DNA of 64,000 bases from an uncultured delta proteobacterium (GTDB lineage Bacteria > Desulfobacterota > Binatia > UBA9968). A program made the position numbers and the translations under genes. The stretch spans positions 32,001 to 96,000 of the forward strand of contig CAWDPO010000035.1 in NCBI GenBank assembly GCA_963804165.1. Direction: 5' to 3'. The notes beneath the pieces are model-generated. The model was not told the DNA's origin. It did not search any database and saw nothing but the letters and a program-made list of their open reading frames with translations. Below are positions 49,815 through 60,043 of the stretch, one piece after another; position 1 is the first letter of the stretch, and each line of letters opens with the position of its first letter.

Positions 49815-50111
49815 ATGATCGTCAACCACAGGCATAAGTTCATCTTTCTGAAAACACGAAAGACGGCAGGCAGGAGCATCGAGATCGCTCTTTCGCAGTT
49901 CTGTGACAGCAACGATATCATCACGCCGATTACCGACGAGGACGAGCGTACTCGCCAAGAAATGGGATTTCGTGGGCCGCAGAAAGCCATCCCTCATAAA
50001 GGCGTCGAAGAAAAATGCGCTTATGTTGCACTCAAAGCTTGCGCGAAGTTTGTTTTGGCGTTACGTTTTGCGGCGTTGAGACCATCGCGGCAGGAAAACA
50101 ATCATGGGTAA
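49815..50111 (+). pseudogene. Truncated sulfotransferase-family N-terminus
   Basis: MIVNHRHKFIFLKTRKTAG.SIE (PAPS-binding loop pattern), but only 98 aa. Confidence 0.6.
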
Positions 50112-50901
50112 ACAAAAAAAGAAAGCAACATCGGACTCTCACGAAGCCTGGAACAATCCGGATTATATCCACTGGTGGCTGAAAAAGAGAGCCTGGAAAG
50201 GGCCGATTCGCGAGATACAAGCGGAGATGGTGGTTCGAATGATACCTCACCCGCTTGACAGCGCCATCCGGGTTTTGGACCTTTGCGCCGGTTTCGGCGC
50301 GCTCTCCATTGCTATTTTAAAAAGTCGCCCCAACGCTAAAGCGCTCTGTATCGACGGATCTGAGGAATTGACTAAGCTCGGAAGAGACCGAACGGCCGAG
50401 TTCGCGGAGCGTATCAAATTTGTCCAGGCGTCGCTGGATACCGCCGACTGGCTCACGTCAACGACCGGCAGCTACGATGCCGTCGTGTCGGCTCAGGCCT
50501 TCATTCGATTCCTGACCCCGGAGCGCCGGAAATCGCTCTACAAGGAGATCTTCAATATCACGAGTCCGGGTGGATGTTTCATCAATGCCGATGATATTTG
50601 CGCGCCGACTGTGACTCTACGCAAGCGGTATAGAAGGGCGCTTAATCAGTGGTTGGATGATCATCTCCGAGAGCCGAGTGGCGACACACCTGCGTTCGTG
50701 AAATTTAAAGAAGATTCGCCGGTGAATCATGACGAGCCGCGCAAGGACGGCTTCCTGGACCAGGAACTTTGCTGGTTGCGCGAGGCGGGCTTTGAAGACG
50801 TGGACTGTTTCTGGAAATTCGGCATGATGACGATTTATGGCGGATTCCGGCCTGAGAAGCCGGGGCTCATTGGATCTCTTTTTCGCGCCTTTAAGTCGTA
50901 G
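50104..50901 (+). CDS. Class I SAM-dependent methyltransferase
   Basis: VLDLCAGFG, IDGS, YDAVVS, PGGCFINAD, WLREAGFEDVDCFWK. Confidence 0.9.
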   Translation: MGKQKKKATSDSHEAWNNPDYIHWWLKKRAWKGPIREIQAEMVVRMIPHPLDSAIRVLDLCAGFGALSIAILKSRPNAKALCIDGSEELTKLGRDRTAEFAERIKFVQASLDTADWLTSTTGSYDAVVSAQAFIRFLTPERRKSLYKEIFNITSPGGCFINADDICAPTVTLRKRYRRALNQWLDDHLREPSGDTPAFVKFKEDSPVNHDEPRKDGFLDQELCWLREAGFEDVDCFWKFGMMTIYGGFRPEKPGLIGSLFRAFKS

Positions 50902-51319
50902 TTTCTTAGATACAAAGACTTGTCAACGCCGAAACCAGGCCACGGATAAGGGTCAAGATTGAAAGACCTTTTTCGAGCTTAAGCGCGCACGGCCGCGGCC
51001 GGTTGAGATAACGCCCGGGGGAAAATGCTGGGGCCGATCCAAGCACCCGGACGGCATTGGAACTTTTCGTCTCGGTGCCCTCGCCCTTCCGGGCTTAACT
51101 CTCCACCGACGTGAATCAAGCGGGATAGGTCTGCCCTCACTGCATCCAAACTGAACCACGACCCAAAGGCGCCATTTCTTGTTTCGTCCCCGGACATGTG
51201 ATAGCTGGAAGCCTGTTTGCCGGCAGAGTCATGCTGAATATCTTCCCAACACTGCTACCGTGACGAACCATTCTAGCGCAACGGCGCGGGGCCTCTTGCT
51301 TCAGCGATTTGTTCGACCG

Positions 51320-52234
51320 ATGGGGAAAAGCAAAGCCCTGAATGAAAGATTATCGCTGATTCGGCTGTCTTACCTCTGCCATAGGGCGCCGGGCCTACGG
51401 TGGATCGGGAAAAACATTTCGCCTTTTTTGTTTTTTCAGTGGACAAAATTTGCCGCCCATGCGGGTTTCTATTTGTATCCCGCTGACCGCAGAAGAGCCC
51501 GATACCTGCGCTCCGCATTGGAAGCTAGCTGCGACAGGGCGAAAATTCGCGAGATCGGCCGCAGAAACCTCACTTACCGGAAATGGATCAAGCACCTGGT
51601 TTATGCCTGGCCCAATTGGGCCGGTCGCCTCGACGATTGGGTTACGATGGAAGGCGAACAATATTTGAGCGCCGCGCTGCGGCAAGGCAAAGGAGCGATT
51701 CTGTTGTCGGGACATGCTTTTGGCTTTGCGGCGCTGGTTTCGCCGGTGCTGGCCCAAAAGGGTTATGAAGTCCATCGAACCGGCCGGGGGCAAAGGATGG
51801 ACCAGGTCACGCGATGGGGCAGCGCCGGAAATTACGCGCGCTGGGAATATATTAATTACGGCGAAGATCGCTGGAATCGCGCGCGGGCGCTTAATGAAAT
51901 GCGCCAAGCGCTCAAAGCGAACCAGATTGTTCATACTTCGATTAGAGGCTTTCCGCGGGGCGATGCTGAACTGGAGATCGATTTTTGCTATAAAAATTTT
52001 TTCCTCGATCACCGTTTGATCCGCATCATCGAATTGGTGCAAGCCACTGTACTGCCTTGCTTCGCGGTTTGCGACAATCAAGGCCGGTTGATCGTGAAAA
52101 TTTATTCTCCCGTGACGCCCGCGCGCGAGGAGGTCATGCGGGTTTTCGGTTCGCTGTACGCGCGATATCTGAGGGAGACGCCGGAATTTACCTGGATCTG
52201 GAGAAGAGTGGTCCAGCAGCAGGAGGGTTGGTAA
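51320..52234 (+). CDS. Lipid A/lysophospholipid acyltransferase (LpxL-like) family protein with an atypical catalytic motif
   Basis: EGEQYL.AAL.QGKGAILLSGH, C-terminal YL.ETP...W.W; the HX4D/E acid is absent. Confidence 0.72.
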   Translation: MGKSKALNERLSLIRLSYLCHRAPGLRWIGKNISPFLFFQWTKFAAHAGFYLYPADRRRARYLRSALEASCDRAKIREIGRRNLTYRKWIKHLVYAWPNWAGRLDDWVTMEGEQYLSAALRQGKGAILLSGHAFGFAALVSPVLAQKGYEVHRTGRGQRMDQVTRWGSAGNYARWEYINYGEDRWNRARALNEMRQALKANQIVHTSIRGFPRGDAELEIDFCYKNFFLDHRLIRIIELVQATVLPCFAVCDNQGRLIVKIYSPVTPAREEVMRVFGSLYARYLRETPEFTWIWRRVVQQQEGW

Positions 52235-52504
52235 GTGACGCCCGAGCAAATTAGAAGTCGAGCGGACAGTCTCGTCAAACGAGTCTATGAGGCGAGCCAA
52301 AAAACATCCCTGCCGGAGCAGTTCGTCATTATGGGCGATGAAGGCGTTTTGGATTCGATTGCGATTCTTGAACTGGTGGTGGCGCTCGAAAGAGAATTCG
52401 GTATTGAGGTGAGCGGTGCGGATGTTCGGCCCGAAAATTTCCAAGACCTATCGTCGCTCACCGCCTTCCTTGCGCAGAAAATCTCCGCTCGCCAGCGCCC
52501 CTGA
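52235..52504 (+). CDS. Acyl/aminoacyl carrier protein
   Basis: GVLDSIAILELVVALEREFGI..PENF; AGGAGG RBS; start immediately follows the upstream stop. Confidence 0.9.
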   Translation: MTPEQIRSRADSLVKRVYEASQKTSLPEQFVIMGDEGVLDSIAILELVVALEREFGIEVSGADVRPENFQDLSSLTAFLAQKISARQRP

Positions 52505-52621
52505 GGATCAAGCCTATTGGGGGAAGACCTCAAGCCATTGGCCGCCCCGTGCGCACGGGCTGCAAAGTTTCGGCAACCTGAATGCCGCGTGTGATTACAG
52601 CGGCCGCTGCGGAAGACGTTT

Positions 52622-54103
52622 ATGAATTTAATTTCAGCTCTCGAAGATAGCGCGCGCCGATGGCCGGAATCGGTGGCAGTCAGCGATAAACAGTTGCTCA
52701 TGCGCTACGGGGAGCTGCGTGACACGGCGGAATCGCTGGCGGACGATATGACGGATGCCGGGCTAACACCGGGCGATAAGATAGGCTTGCTCTATGCGAC
52801 CAGCCCGGAATACATCGCGGCTTGTTTTGCGGTCATCCGCGCGGGGGGAATTGCGGTAACGATACCGCGCGCCTCCAGGCCCGACGAGATCGTCAAACTG
52901 GCCGACGCTATGGCGCTCGAAGGGTTTTGCTACAGCGACCGCTTTGAACCATGGGTCCCGGCCGGCAATGACAAGACAGCGGTCAAGAGGTCCATTTTTG
53001 CGGGCCAAACGCCCTCGTGTTTCAAGCTCGCCGCCCAACGCAGCACTCCGGAGCGAGAGCGCGAGCAATTGTTGAAGATCAACACGGCCAACATCCGTTT
53101 CAGCTCCGGCACCACGTCGCAATCCAAAGGGATCATTGTGTCGCACGAAACGATCCTCAACCGGGCCAGAGTGCACTGCGAAATCTTCTCGGTCAGCCAT
53201 GACGATCGCATGCTGTTTCTGTTGTCGATGATGCGCGCGCTGCCGACGCCGGTATGTGCGGGGCTCGTGCAAGGCGCAACCATCGTCGGAGCGGATGCCA
53301 TGAACATGCACACCTTCAAGCAGGTCGTTGCGGAATTCGGCATCACGTTGATTTATGCGGCGCCGCTATTTTATCGCACGCTCGTCAATCAGGACAATAT
53401 CAACAGGCATGACCTTTCCGGTGTAAGACATTTCGTCAGCTGGGGCGCCGCGCTATCGCCCGTTACCTCGGAAATGTTTCGCGCTAAATTCGGCCACGAG
53501 ATTCGCCAATTCTATGGTTCAGCCGAGGGAGGGGATGTGCTGGCCAATTTCAGCGAGGACGTGAGTAAGCGCGGTTCAGCGGGAAAACCCGTGCCCGGAA
53601 TCGATATCAAACTGGTCTCTGCGGGCTCGGTTATCACAAATGCGGACGAAGCCGGTGAAATCTTCTTTCGGGCTTCGGGTATGTTCGAGGGCTACTATCG
53701 ACCGTGGCGGCTCAAGGATGAAGCGCTGGAAGACGGCTGGTTCAGAACCGGGGACTTGGCCAAGCGCGACAAAGACGGTTGCTACTGGATTGTGGGCCGG
53801 AGCAAAGATGCGATCAATGTCGCGGGTCTGAAAGTATTTCCGTCGGAAGTGGAAGGCGTTCTGCTTTCCCACCCCGCGGTCGAAGAGGCTTTGGTCTTCG
53901 GGGTGACCGACCCGCTGTTTGGCGAGGTTCCGCATGCCCAGGTCAAGCTTGCTGCGGGCGTGAATTGCAGCGTTGAGGAGCTCGTTCAGTACGCGGATCA
54001 AAAGCTTTCGGTTTTCAAAACGCCCCGGAACATAGAATTTGTCGCCGAATTTGCCAAGACGCCCACAGGCAAGCTGAAGCGCAGGGGCGCGCCCGAGGAT
54101 TAG
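52622..54103 (+). CDS. AMP-dependent synthetase/ligase (class I adenylate-forming)
   Basis: FSSGTTSQSKG, FYGSAEG, FRTGDL, GRSKD.INVAG, KTPTGK. Confidence 0.92.
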   Translation: MNLISALEDSARRWPESVAVSDKQLLMRYGELRDTAESLADDMTDAGLTPGDKIGLLYATSPEYIAACFAVIRAGGIAVTIPRASRPDEIVKLADAMALEGFCYSDRFEPWVPAGNDKTAVKRSIFAGQTPSCFKLAAQRSTPEREREQLLKINTANIRFSSGTTSQSKGIIVSHETILNRARVHCEIFSVSHDDRMLFLLSMMRALPTPVCAGLVQGATIVGADAMNMHTFKQVVAEFGITLIYAAPLFYRTLVNQDNINRHDLSGVRHFVSWGAALSPVTSEMFRAKFGHEIRQFYGSAEGGDVLANFSEDVSKRGSAGKPVPGIDIKLVSAGSVITNADEAGEIFFRASGMFEGYYRPWRLKDEALEDGWFRTGDLAKRDKDGCYWIVGRSKDAINVAGLKVFPSEVEGVLLSHPAVEEALVFGVTDPLFGEVPHAQVKLAAGVNCSVEELVQYADQKLSVFKTPRNIEFVAEFAKTPTGKLKRRGAPED

Positions 54104-54135
54104 GGATTTTTTCCCGCAGGTTGAGGGAGCAAAGA

Positions 54136-55146
54136 ATGTTCTCACGTCGTTTTGGCATCGCACCGGCGGCCGTCATGGCATTCGCCGCGTGCATCCTAGG
54201 GTCGGCCCGGACGTGGTCGCAATCGGCCCAGCGGGTGGAAGGCGCAAGAAAAGAGGGAAAGCTGGTCTGGTATACCGCCATGAGCGGCAGTGATGCCAAA
54301 CCCATCGTGGATGCATTCACAAAGACCTACCCTTTTGTGGAAGCGGAATTCGTGGACATCACCAGCTCGCGTCTCATTCAACGGATCAATATAGAAACCC
54401 TTGCGGGCAAGTGGCTCTTCGATGTGGCGTTGGCGAACAACCTGGCCGCTATTACCGACAAGCTGTTGCCGTATTTGCCGCCGCAGGCCGACGGCATACC
54501 CAGAGAATTCAAGGATCCCAAGGGACGGTGGACCGGATGTGATCACAACTATTACGTCCTGGCCTACAACACCAAGATGGTGAGCAAAGCGGAAATTCCC
54601 CGGCGGTACGAGGATCTCCTGGATCCCAAATGGAAGGGCAATATTCTGATGGACGAAGGCGATCACGCGTGGTACGGCGCGCTGATCGCCGCCTGGGGAA
54701 AAGAAAAGGCCGATACCTTCATGAAAAAATTAGCGGGTCAAGATATTCAATGGCGGCACGGCCACACACTGTTGCTCCAACTGGTCGCGGCCGGAGAAGC
54801 GCCGCTGGGAATGCCTTACGCGAATGCAACCGAAAGGTTCAAAAGGCAGGGCGCGCCGGTCGATTGGGTCGATACCCTGAAGCCCATCGTGACGGGACTT
54901 AATTACGTAGGAATCAGCGCCAAGTCCAAGAATCTCAACACGGCAAAGCTTTTCGTTGATTTCATACTGTCGCGCCAGGGACAGGAGATTCTGCGCGACC
55001 GCGGGCGGTTGCCGGCGCGATCTTCGGTCGAGCCGCTTTCACCAAAGGCCCATTCCACCCGATTGACTTTGCAGCACATACCCGAGGAGGTATATCTCCG
55101 CAATGCGTATTTCGCCGGCGAGTTTAGAAGAATTTTCCATCGCTGA
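54136..55146 (+). CDS. Extracellular solute-binding protein (AfuA/Fe3+-type ABC SBP family)
   Basis: ARKEGKLVWYT, AYNTKMV, DLLDPKWKG, AKLFVDFILS. Confidence 0.88.
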   Translation: MFSRRFGIAPAAVMAFAACILGSARTWSQSAQRVEGARKEGKLVWYTAMSGSDAKPIVDAFTKTYPFVEAEFVDITSSRLIQRINIETLAGKWLFDVALANNLAAITDKLLPYLPPQADGIPREFKDPKGRWTGCDHNYYVLAYNTKMVSKAEIPRRYEDLLDPKWKGNILMDEGDHAWYGALIAAWGKEKADTFMKKLAGQDIQWRHGHTLLLQLVAAGEAPLGMPYANATERFKRQGAPVDWVDTLKPIVTGLNYVGISAKSKNLNTAKLFVDFILSRQGQEILRDRGRLPARSSVEPLSPKAHSTRLTLQHIPEEVYLRNAYFAGEFRRIFHR

Positions 55147-55242
55147 CATGCTTTCCGAAACGATCGCGCTTTTGCAGTAAGCGACTTCTAGCCAATCCCG
55201 GTTCTAGCTTGCGGTGTTCACGCGTGAAGCGCTCGGGTGGCA

Positions 55243-55271
55243 TTGACAGCTTCGCTGTGGATGAGTAAAAC
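55243..55271 (+). promoter_or_regulatory. Putative sigma70 promoter
   Basis: TTGACA-N17-TAAAAC upstream of the ATG at 55303. Confidence 0.4.
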
Positions 55272-55302
55272 CGCGACGAATTCTAAAACGACAGGATGCG
55301 CA

Positions 55303-56293
55303 ATGATTAAACGACTCCTATTCTCAGCTTTGGTGGCGATGTTCTTATGGATCGGCTGCGTCGGACCCGTGTCCGCGGCCGACACGATCAAAATCGCCTA
55401 CAGTTCCGTGAACCCTCACGCGCTGCTTGGTTTCGCTGGCTGAAAAGCGCGGCCTGTTCGCGAAATACGGACTCTCTTCCGTCGTGGTTTACATTCCCGG
55501 CGGCAGCACGGTGGTGCAGACCATGATGTCCGGCGACGTCGACTTGGGGCAGCTCACCGGCGCGCCCGGCGTCGCGGCCAATCTGCGCGGCGCCGATATC
55601 CTTTACATCGCGATGACCGACGATCGCATGGCCTACCAATTGGCCACGCGCCGAGACATCAAAACGGCCGCCGACTTGAAAGGCAAACGGCTGGGCATCA
55701 GCCGGTTCGCGTCGTCGTCCGATTTCGGCACGCGCACTCTGCTGAAACGGCTTGGCATCGATCCCAAAGACACCACTATTCTGCAAATCGGCAACGAGAC
55801 GGAGAGGCTCGCCGCGCTCAAATCCGGCAGCATCGACGGTTCGGTTTTCAACGCTCCGTTCGGCGCCGTGGCGCAGAAGTTCAATTTCAACGTCTTGGCC
55901 GACGCCGGCGCGCTTGGCATTCCTTACTTCAATACGGGTATGTGCGGCAGCGCTAAATTGCTGCAAAAGAACGAAGGCAGGATACTCAACTTTCTCCGCG
56001 CCTACGTCGAAGCGATCAAAATCTTCAAAACCGAGCCGGAGTACACGGTGAAAGCGCTCGCACAGTTCAGCCGCGTGAGCGATATGGAGTTGCTCAAAGA
56101 AGCCTACGACTACAACAGGAATAGAATTCCCGACATTCCATATCCGTCGCTGTCAGCGATGCAAGCGGTCATCGATCCGCTGGTCGAAGCTGAGCCGAAG
56201 CTCGGCAAAATCGACGCAAAAAATTACATTAGCGACCGGTATTTGAAGAAGTTGGAAGAAGAGGGATTCGTGAAGAAGTTGGTGGGGCGGTAA
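55303..56293 (+). CDS. ABC substrate-binding protein, SsuA/THI5 family (apparent frameshift near 55430)
   Basis: Signal peptide in one frame; GLFAKYGL, LKGKRLGISRF, ERLAALKSGSIDG in the next. Confidence 0.88.
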
Positions 56294-56348
56294 GGTGGAC
56301 GAGCGTTGAGTTCGATGTAGCGCGTCGTACCACTTCGCCTGTGGGGAT

Positions 56349-57374
56349 ATGGCTATGTTGCACAGCAGAATTTTTGCTTATGCAGTCTTCATCTGGTTGA
56401 TTTCAGCCTTCCCTGCCTTGTCGGCAACCGCGCTAACCAAAGTCGTGGTCGGCTACGCAGCGATGAATGGCCGCGTGTCGCCATTGGGATTGCCGATGAG
56501 CAGGGCTTTCTCGCCAGATACGGCCTCCAGGCCGACCAAGTTTATATACGCGGCGCGCCGCTCCTCGTCGCCGGTTTGGCATCGGGGGACATTCAATTCG
56601 GCCGCAGCGGTGGCAGCGCGACGCTGGCGGCTGTCGGCGCTGGCCATGATTTCAAAATTGTTGCGACCTTTTCCAGCCGCAACAGCTATGATCTCATCGC
56701 CCGGCCAAACATCAAGCGCCCGGAAGATCTGCGCGGTAAGAAAATTGCGCTCAACAGTATTGGCGGTACCGGCTGGATGGGTGTGCTCTTTTGGCTCGAA
56801 CATTTAGGCCTCGACCAAACGCGCGATCAGATCAGCATGCAGGTGCTCGGCGATCAACCCATCATGATGCAAGCAGTCGAAACCGGCATCGCCGATGCCG
56901 CGGCGCTCGACGGCGTGTTTAGCAAACACCTAAGACAGAAAGGCTTCACGGTTCTCGGCGAATCCGCCAACCTCGTCCAGCGGACCGTCGGCCAGGCGAT
57001 GGTCGTGCCGCAATCTTTTCTCAGCCAGCGACCCGATATCGTGGAAAACTATCTCAAGGCGGAGATCGAAGCGTTAGCGTTTTCCGTAGCACCGAAGAAC
57101 AAACCTACGGTGATAAAAACCATAATGAAACGGCTTAAAGCCAACGCTAACGACGCCGAGGAAGGCTATCAAGACCTGCTAAAAGGCGTCGACCGCAAAC
57201 CGTTTCCATCGCTGGACGGCTTGCGCAACGTGCAAAGAATGCTGAAAACGCGCAATCCGAAGATCGGCGAGGTCAAGACCGAAGAAGTGATCGACGCGCG
57301 CATCATGCGCAAGCTGGATGAATCTGGCTTTATCGACCGGGCTCTACGCGGCGCAGGGTGTGAGTTTGAAATAA
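56349..57374 (+). CDS. ABC substrate-binding protein, SsuA/THI5 family (apparent frameshifts near 56490 and 57345)
   Basis: Signal peptide and KVVVGY; LRGKKIALNSIGG, LDESGFID. Confidence 0.85.
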
Positions 57375-57787
57375 GCTGCCGATCGTTAATGGCAAGATTG
57401 CAGGGCCTGGCCCCAAGACCTACTAGGCTGACGGAACTGTGCGAGGAAGTGCAGCGGAACCATGGCGAGAAAACTCTCACGAAAAACGGTAAAATTTGTG
57501 CGGCTTGATCGATGTGGAACGGCTAGATTATTATCAAGATTTAGGGCGGGAGTCTGTGCATTTGACTCAGCTTGGTGCGGCGATCAAAGGTATCGATGAT
57601 GTTAATGCCGGAAGAGTTATGAGTGCGAAAAAGTTAGAGCCGGTTATGTCCGCTAACTCGTGATCAATCTTCCTTCAGCGATCATCTAAATTTATCTTTT
57701 GATCTGCGCTAGTTTTGGTCTCGAGCAATAAGCGGTGTTTGAGCGCTCGCGAGCGTGTGCCTTCTTGCTGAAGTACATAGCGCGCAG

Positions 57788-58765
57788 TTATGGCCAAAAG
57801 CCGCGTTCGATCAACTGGTGATAAAAGAGATTGAGAAAGGCCTTGAGGCGGGCTGCGCCGGTGTAATGGGTGAACTCGCTTGGGACCTTGAACTCGGCCT
57901 GTATCTGCTCGACTGACTTGCCCGCGGCGATCATTTTCGAAACCTCATCTCGCATGACCACGAAGTAGCGCCGCTGCTCTTCGATATCAGCAATGCCGCG
58001 CCCGACGTGCACGGGCCCATGCCCAGGAACGTAAGTATCCACTGGAAGGCGTCGCTCGATGACTCGGTCAAGGATCGCGATCCAATTGCGCGCGTTGGAG
58101 AAAAACACCATTGCCGATTCGCCCGGGCCAGGGTGGATCTCGGTGTCGAGCAGGTCGCCCATTAGCATCACACGCTTCTGGGGAATGTACAGTGTTACGT
58201 CGCTTGTGCTGTGCGCGCCGCCCTCCTCGATGAGCTGGAACGTGAGCCCACCGAACTGTAGTGTTAAAGCGCCTTCGAATGCGATGTCCGGTTGCATGAG
58301 CTCGGCGCTCTGGTATTCGGTGAAGCGCGGGTCCTTCGATGCCTTGCGCTCGGCGAACTCCACGCGCTCCTGCATGTAGAGATCGCGCATCTGCTTGCGG
58401 GTCGCTATGAAGGTGGGTTTGTCCTCGCGAAAGTGCCAAACGCCTGTGGCATGATCACCGCTGGCGTGCGACACCACCACGTAGCGGATTTTCTTGTCTG
58501 TAGTGCGGCGGATCGCAGCCATGACCTGATTCGCGGTCCGTACGTCCGCGTCGAAGACCAGCACTCCGTCGGGGGTTACAACAAAGGCAGAATTGCTCGA
58601 TCCCGTCGGGTGCTGCATCACGTAAATGTTGTCGGCGATTTTGCGCAACTCCATGGGCTTCGGTGCCGATTGCTCAGCCGCCTGAGAATCAGTGATCGAA
58701 CCTGCGGAGATGGCGATTGTGCAGACAACTATGCACAACAAGGTCTGTGCTCTAATTCTAATCAT
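57788..58765 (-). CDS. Secreted MBL-fold metallohydrolase (cyclase-like)
   Basis: GGAGG RBS, signal peptide, SHASGDH, AHSTSD, MGDL, VPGHG. Confidence 0.85.
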   Translation of the reverse strand: MIRIRAQTLLCIVVCTIAISAGSITDSQAAEQSAPKPMELRKIADNIYVMQHPTGSSNSAFVVTPDGVLVFDADVRTANQVMAAIRRTTDKKIRYVVVSHASGDHATGVWHFREDKPTFIATRKQMRDLYMQERVEFAERKASKDPRFTEYQSAELMQPDIAFEGALTLQFGGLTFQLIEEGGAHSTSDVTLYIPQKRVMLMGDLLDTEIHPGPGESAMVFFSNARNWIAILDRVIERRLPVDTYVPGHGPVHVGRGIADIEEQRRYFVVMRDEVSKMIAAGKSVEQIQAEFKVPSEFTHYTGAARLKAFLNLFYHQLIERGFWP

Positions 58766-58787
58766 GTTGTTTCCTCCGTTAACGCTT

Positions 58788-59861
58788 CTACTGTGCCTTT
58801 GCTTTCCGCGCCGCGGCGATGTCGCCTTCGGTGAAGCGGTAGAAGCGCACCGGGTTGTCGTAGAGCATTTTTCGTTTGAACTCATCGGACAGATCTTTGC
58901 GCGCTTTTAGGTGCGGAAGATCGCCGCCGAATTGGTCGCGTTCGCGTTCGTGGGGGAAGTCGGATGCCCACATGATGACGTCAGGATGAACTAAGTCGGC
59001 GATGTACGGCGCGGTACGTTCTTCGACTTCCATGGTGACGAAAATATTTCCTGATTTGAAAAAATGGCTCGGCGGCGATTTTAGATTCGGTGCCAGGCGG
59101 GCGGCGAATTTTTCGTAGTCTTCCTCCATTCGATCCATCATGAACGGCACCCAACCGGCGCCGGCTTCGAGGTAGGCGATGCGCATTTTGGGAAATTCCT
59201 GGAAGACACCTTGAAACATCATGTTGGTGATTTGCAGAAACAAGCCGACGGGATGTTCGAGCATGTGCGCTTCCAGAAAGCTTGCCACGCGGTCGAGGCC
59301 GAGATTTTGACTGACGCCGCCATGGATGGTGAGCGGTACGTCGAGACGCTGCGCTTCGTCGTAGATTTCGTGAAACACCGGCGACCCGTAGAGTGGCGTT
59401 CGGTTATTGGTCACGGACGGCAACAGTCCGGCTGAAAAACCTAGATCCTTCACACAGCGGCGCAGTTCAGCAGCAGCGGCTTTGGGATCTTGCGGTGCGA
59501 GCAGGGCGACGCCTTTGAGGCGCGGCGATTGGCTGGTGAAGCGGTCATAGAGCCAGTCGTTGTAGCCTTGTGCGATCGCCGACGCCCACGCTGGGAGTTG
59601 GATCATTCCAATCGCCAGGGCGGAGGTCGGGTAGAGCACGGCGCAGTCGATGCCATGCTCATTCTGAAAACGGATCCACGCTTCGGCGTCGGGATCTTCG
59701 CGCTTGCCTTTGCGCGCCAGGCCGCGCTGCCAACCATCGGCGTCGAACATCGGCCAGGTCGAGTGCCAATTCATCTCGCTAAAGTTACCTTTGATGTGAG
59801 CGAAGATGTCCTTGTGGTCTTCCATAATATGGCCGTCTGCGTCGATAACGAATTGGGTCAT
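58788..59861 (-). CDS. Amidohydrolase_2 family protein
   Basis: IDADGHIME, LYPT, IHGG, LEAGAGW, WASDFPH. Confidence 0.92.
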   Translation of the reverse strand: MTQFVIDADGHIMEDHKDIFAHIKGNFSEMNWHSTWPMFDADGWQRGLARKGKREDPDAEAWIRFQNEHGIDCAVLYPTSALAIGMIQLPAWASAIAQGYNDWLYDRFTSQSPRLKGVALLAPQDPKAAAAELRRCVKDLGFSAGLLPSVTNNRTPLYGSPVFHEIYDEAQRLDVPLTIHGGVSQNLGLDRVASFLEAHMLEHPVGLFLQITNMMFQGVFQEFPKMRIAYLEAGAGWVPFMMDRMEEDYEKFAARLAPNLKSPPSHFFKSGNIFVTMEVEERTAPYIADLVHPDVIMWASDFPHERERDQFGGDLPHLKARKDLSDEFKRKMLYDNPVRFYRFTEGDIAAARKAKAQ

Positions 59862-59891
59862 GGCTTTTCCCTCCTGGCAATCTGTCTCGGA

Positions 59892-59966
59892 TGTCATTCT
59901 GAGGCGCAGCCGAAGATTCTCGAAGTCAATCCGCGGACGAGATCCTTCACGTTGTTCAGGATGACA
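59892..59966. repeat. MITE/REP-like palindromic element (TGTCAT...ATGACA)
   Basis: tgtcattctgaggcgcagccgaagattctc ... gagatccttcacgttgttcaggatgaca. Confidence 0.75.
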
Positions 59967-60043
59967 CCTGTCTTCGTTCTTCAGTATCGTGCTGATTCTC
60001 GATGGGATTCGGCAACGCTTTGAAATGCCTTACTAAAGCCTCT

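Noticed and set aside
51395-52444. Long antisense ORFs (this one, 27878-28714, 43494-44279, 60002-60751 and others)
   Set aside because: Shadow frames of well-supported genes in GC-rich DNA, with no motifs of their own.
13086-57374. Many split genes as pseudogenes or programmed frameshifts
   Set aside because: Single-base indels are scattered over unrelated, otherwise intact genes, often at short homopolymers and without slippery-site signatures; long-read error is the simplest explanation, to be confirmed by polishing.
57600-57660. dif site or attI-like GTTRRRY cluster
   Set aside because: Only one half-site resembles a Xer arm, with no matching second arm at 6-bp spacing.
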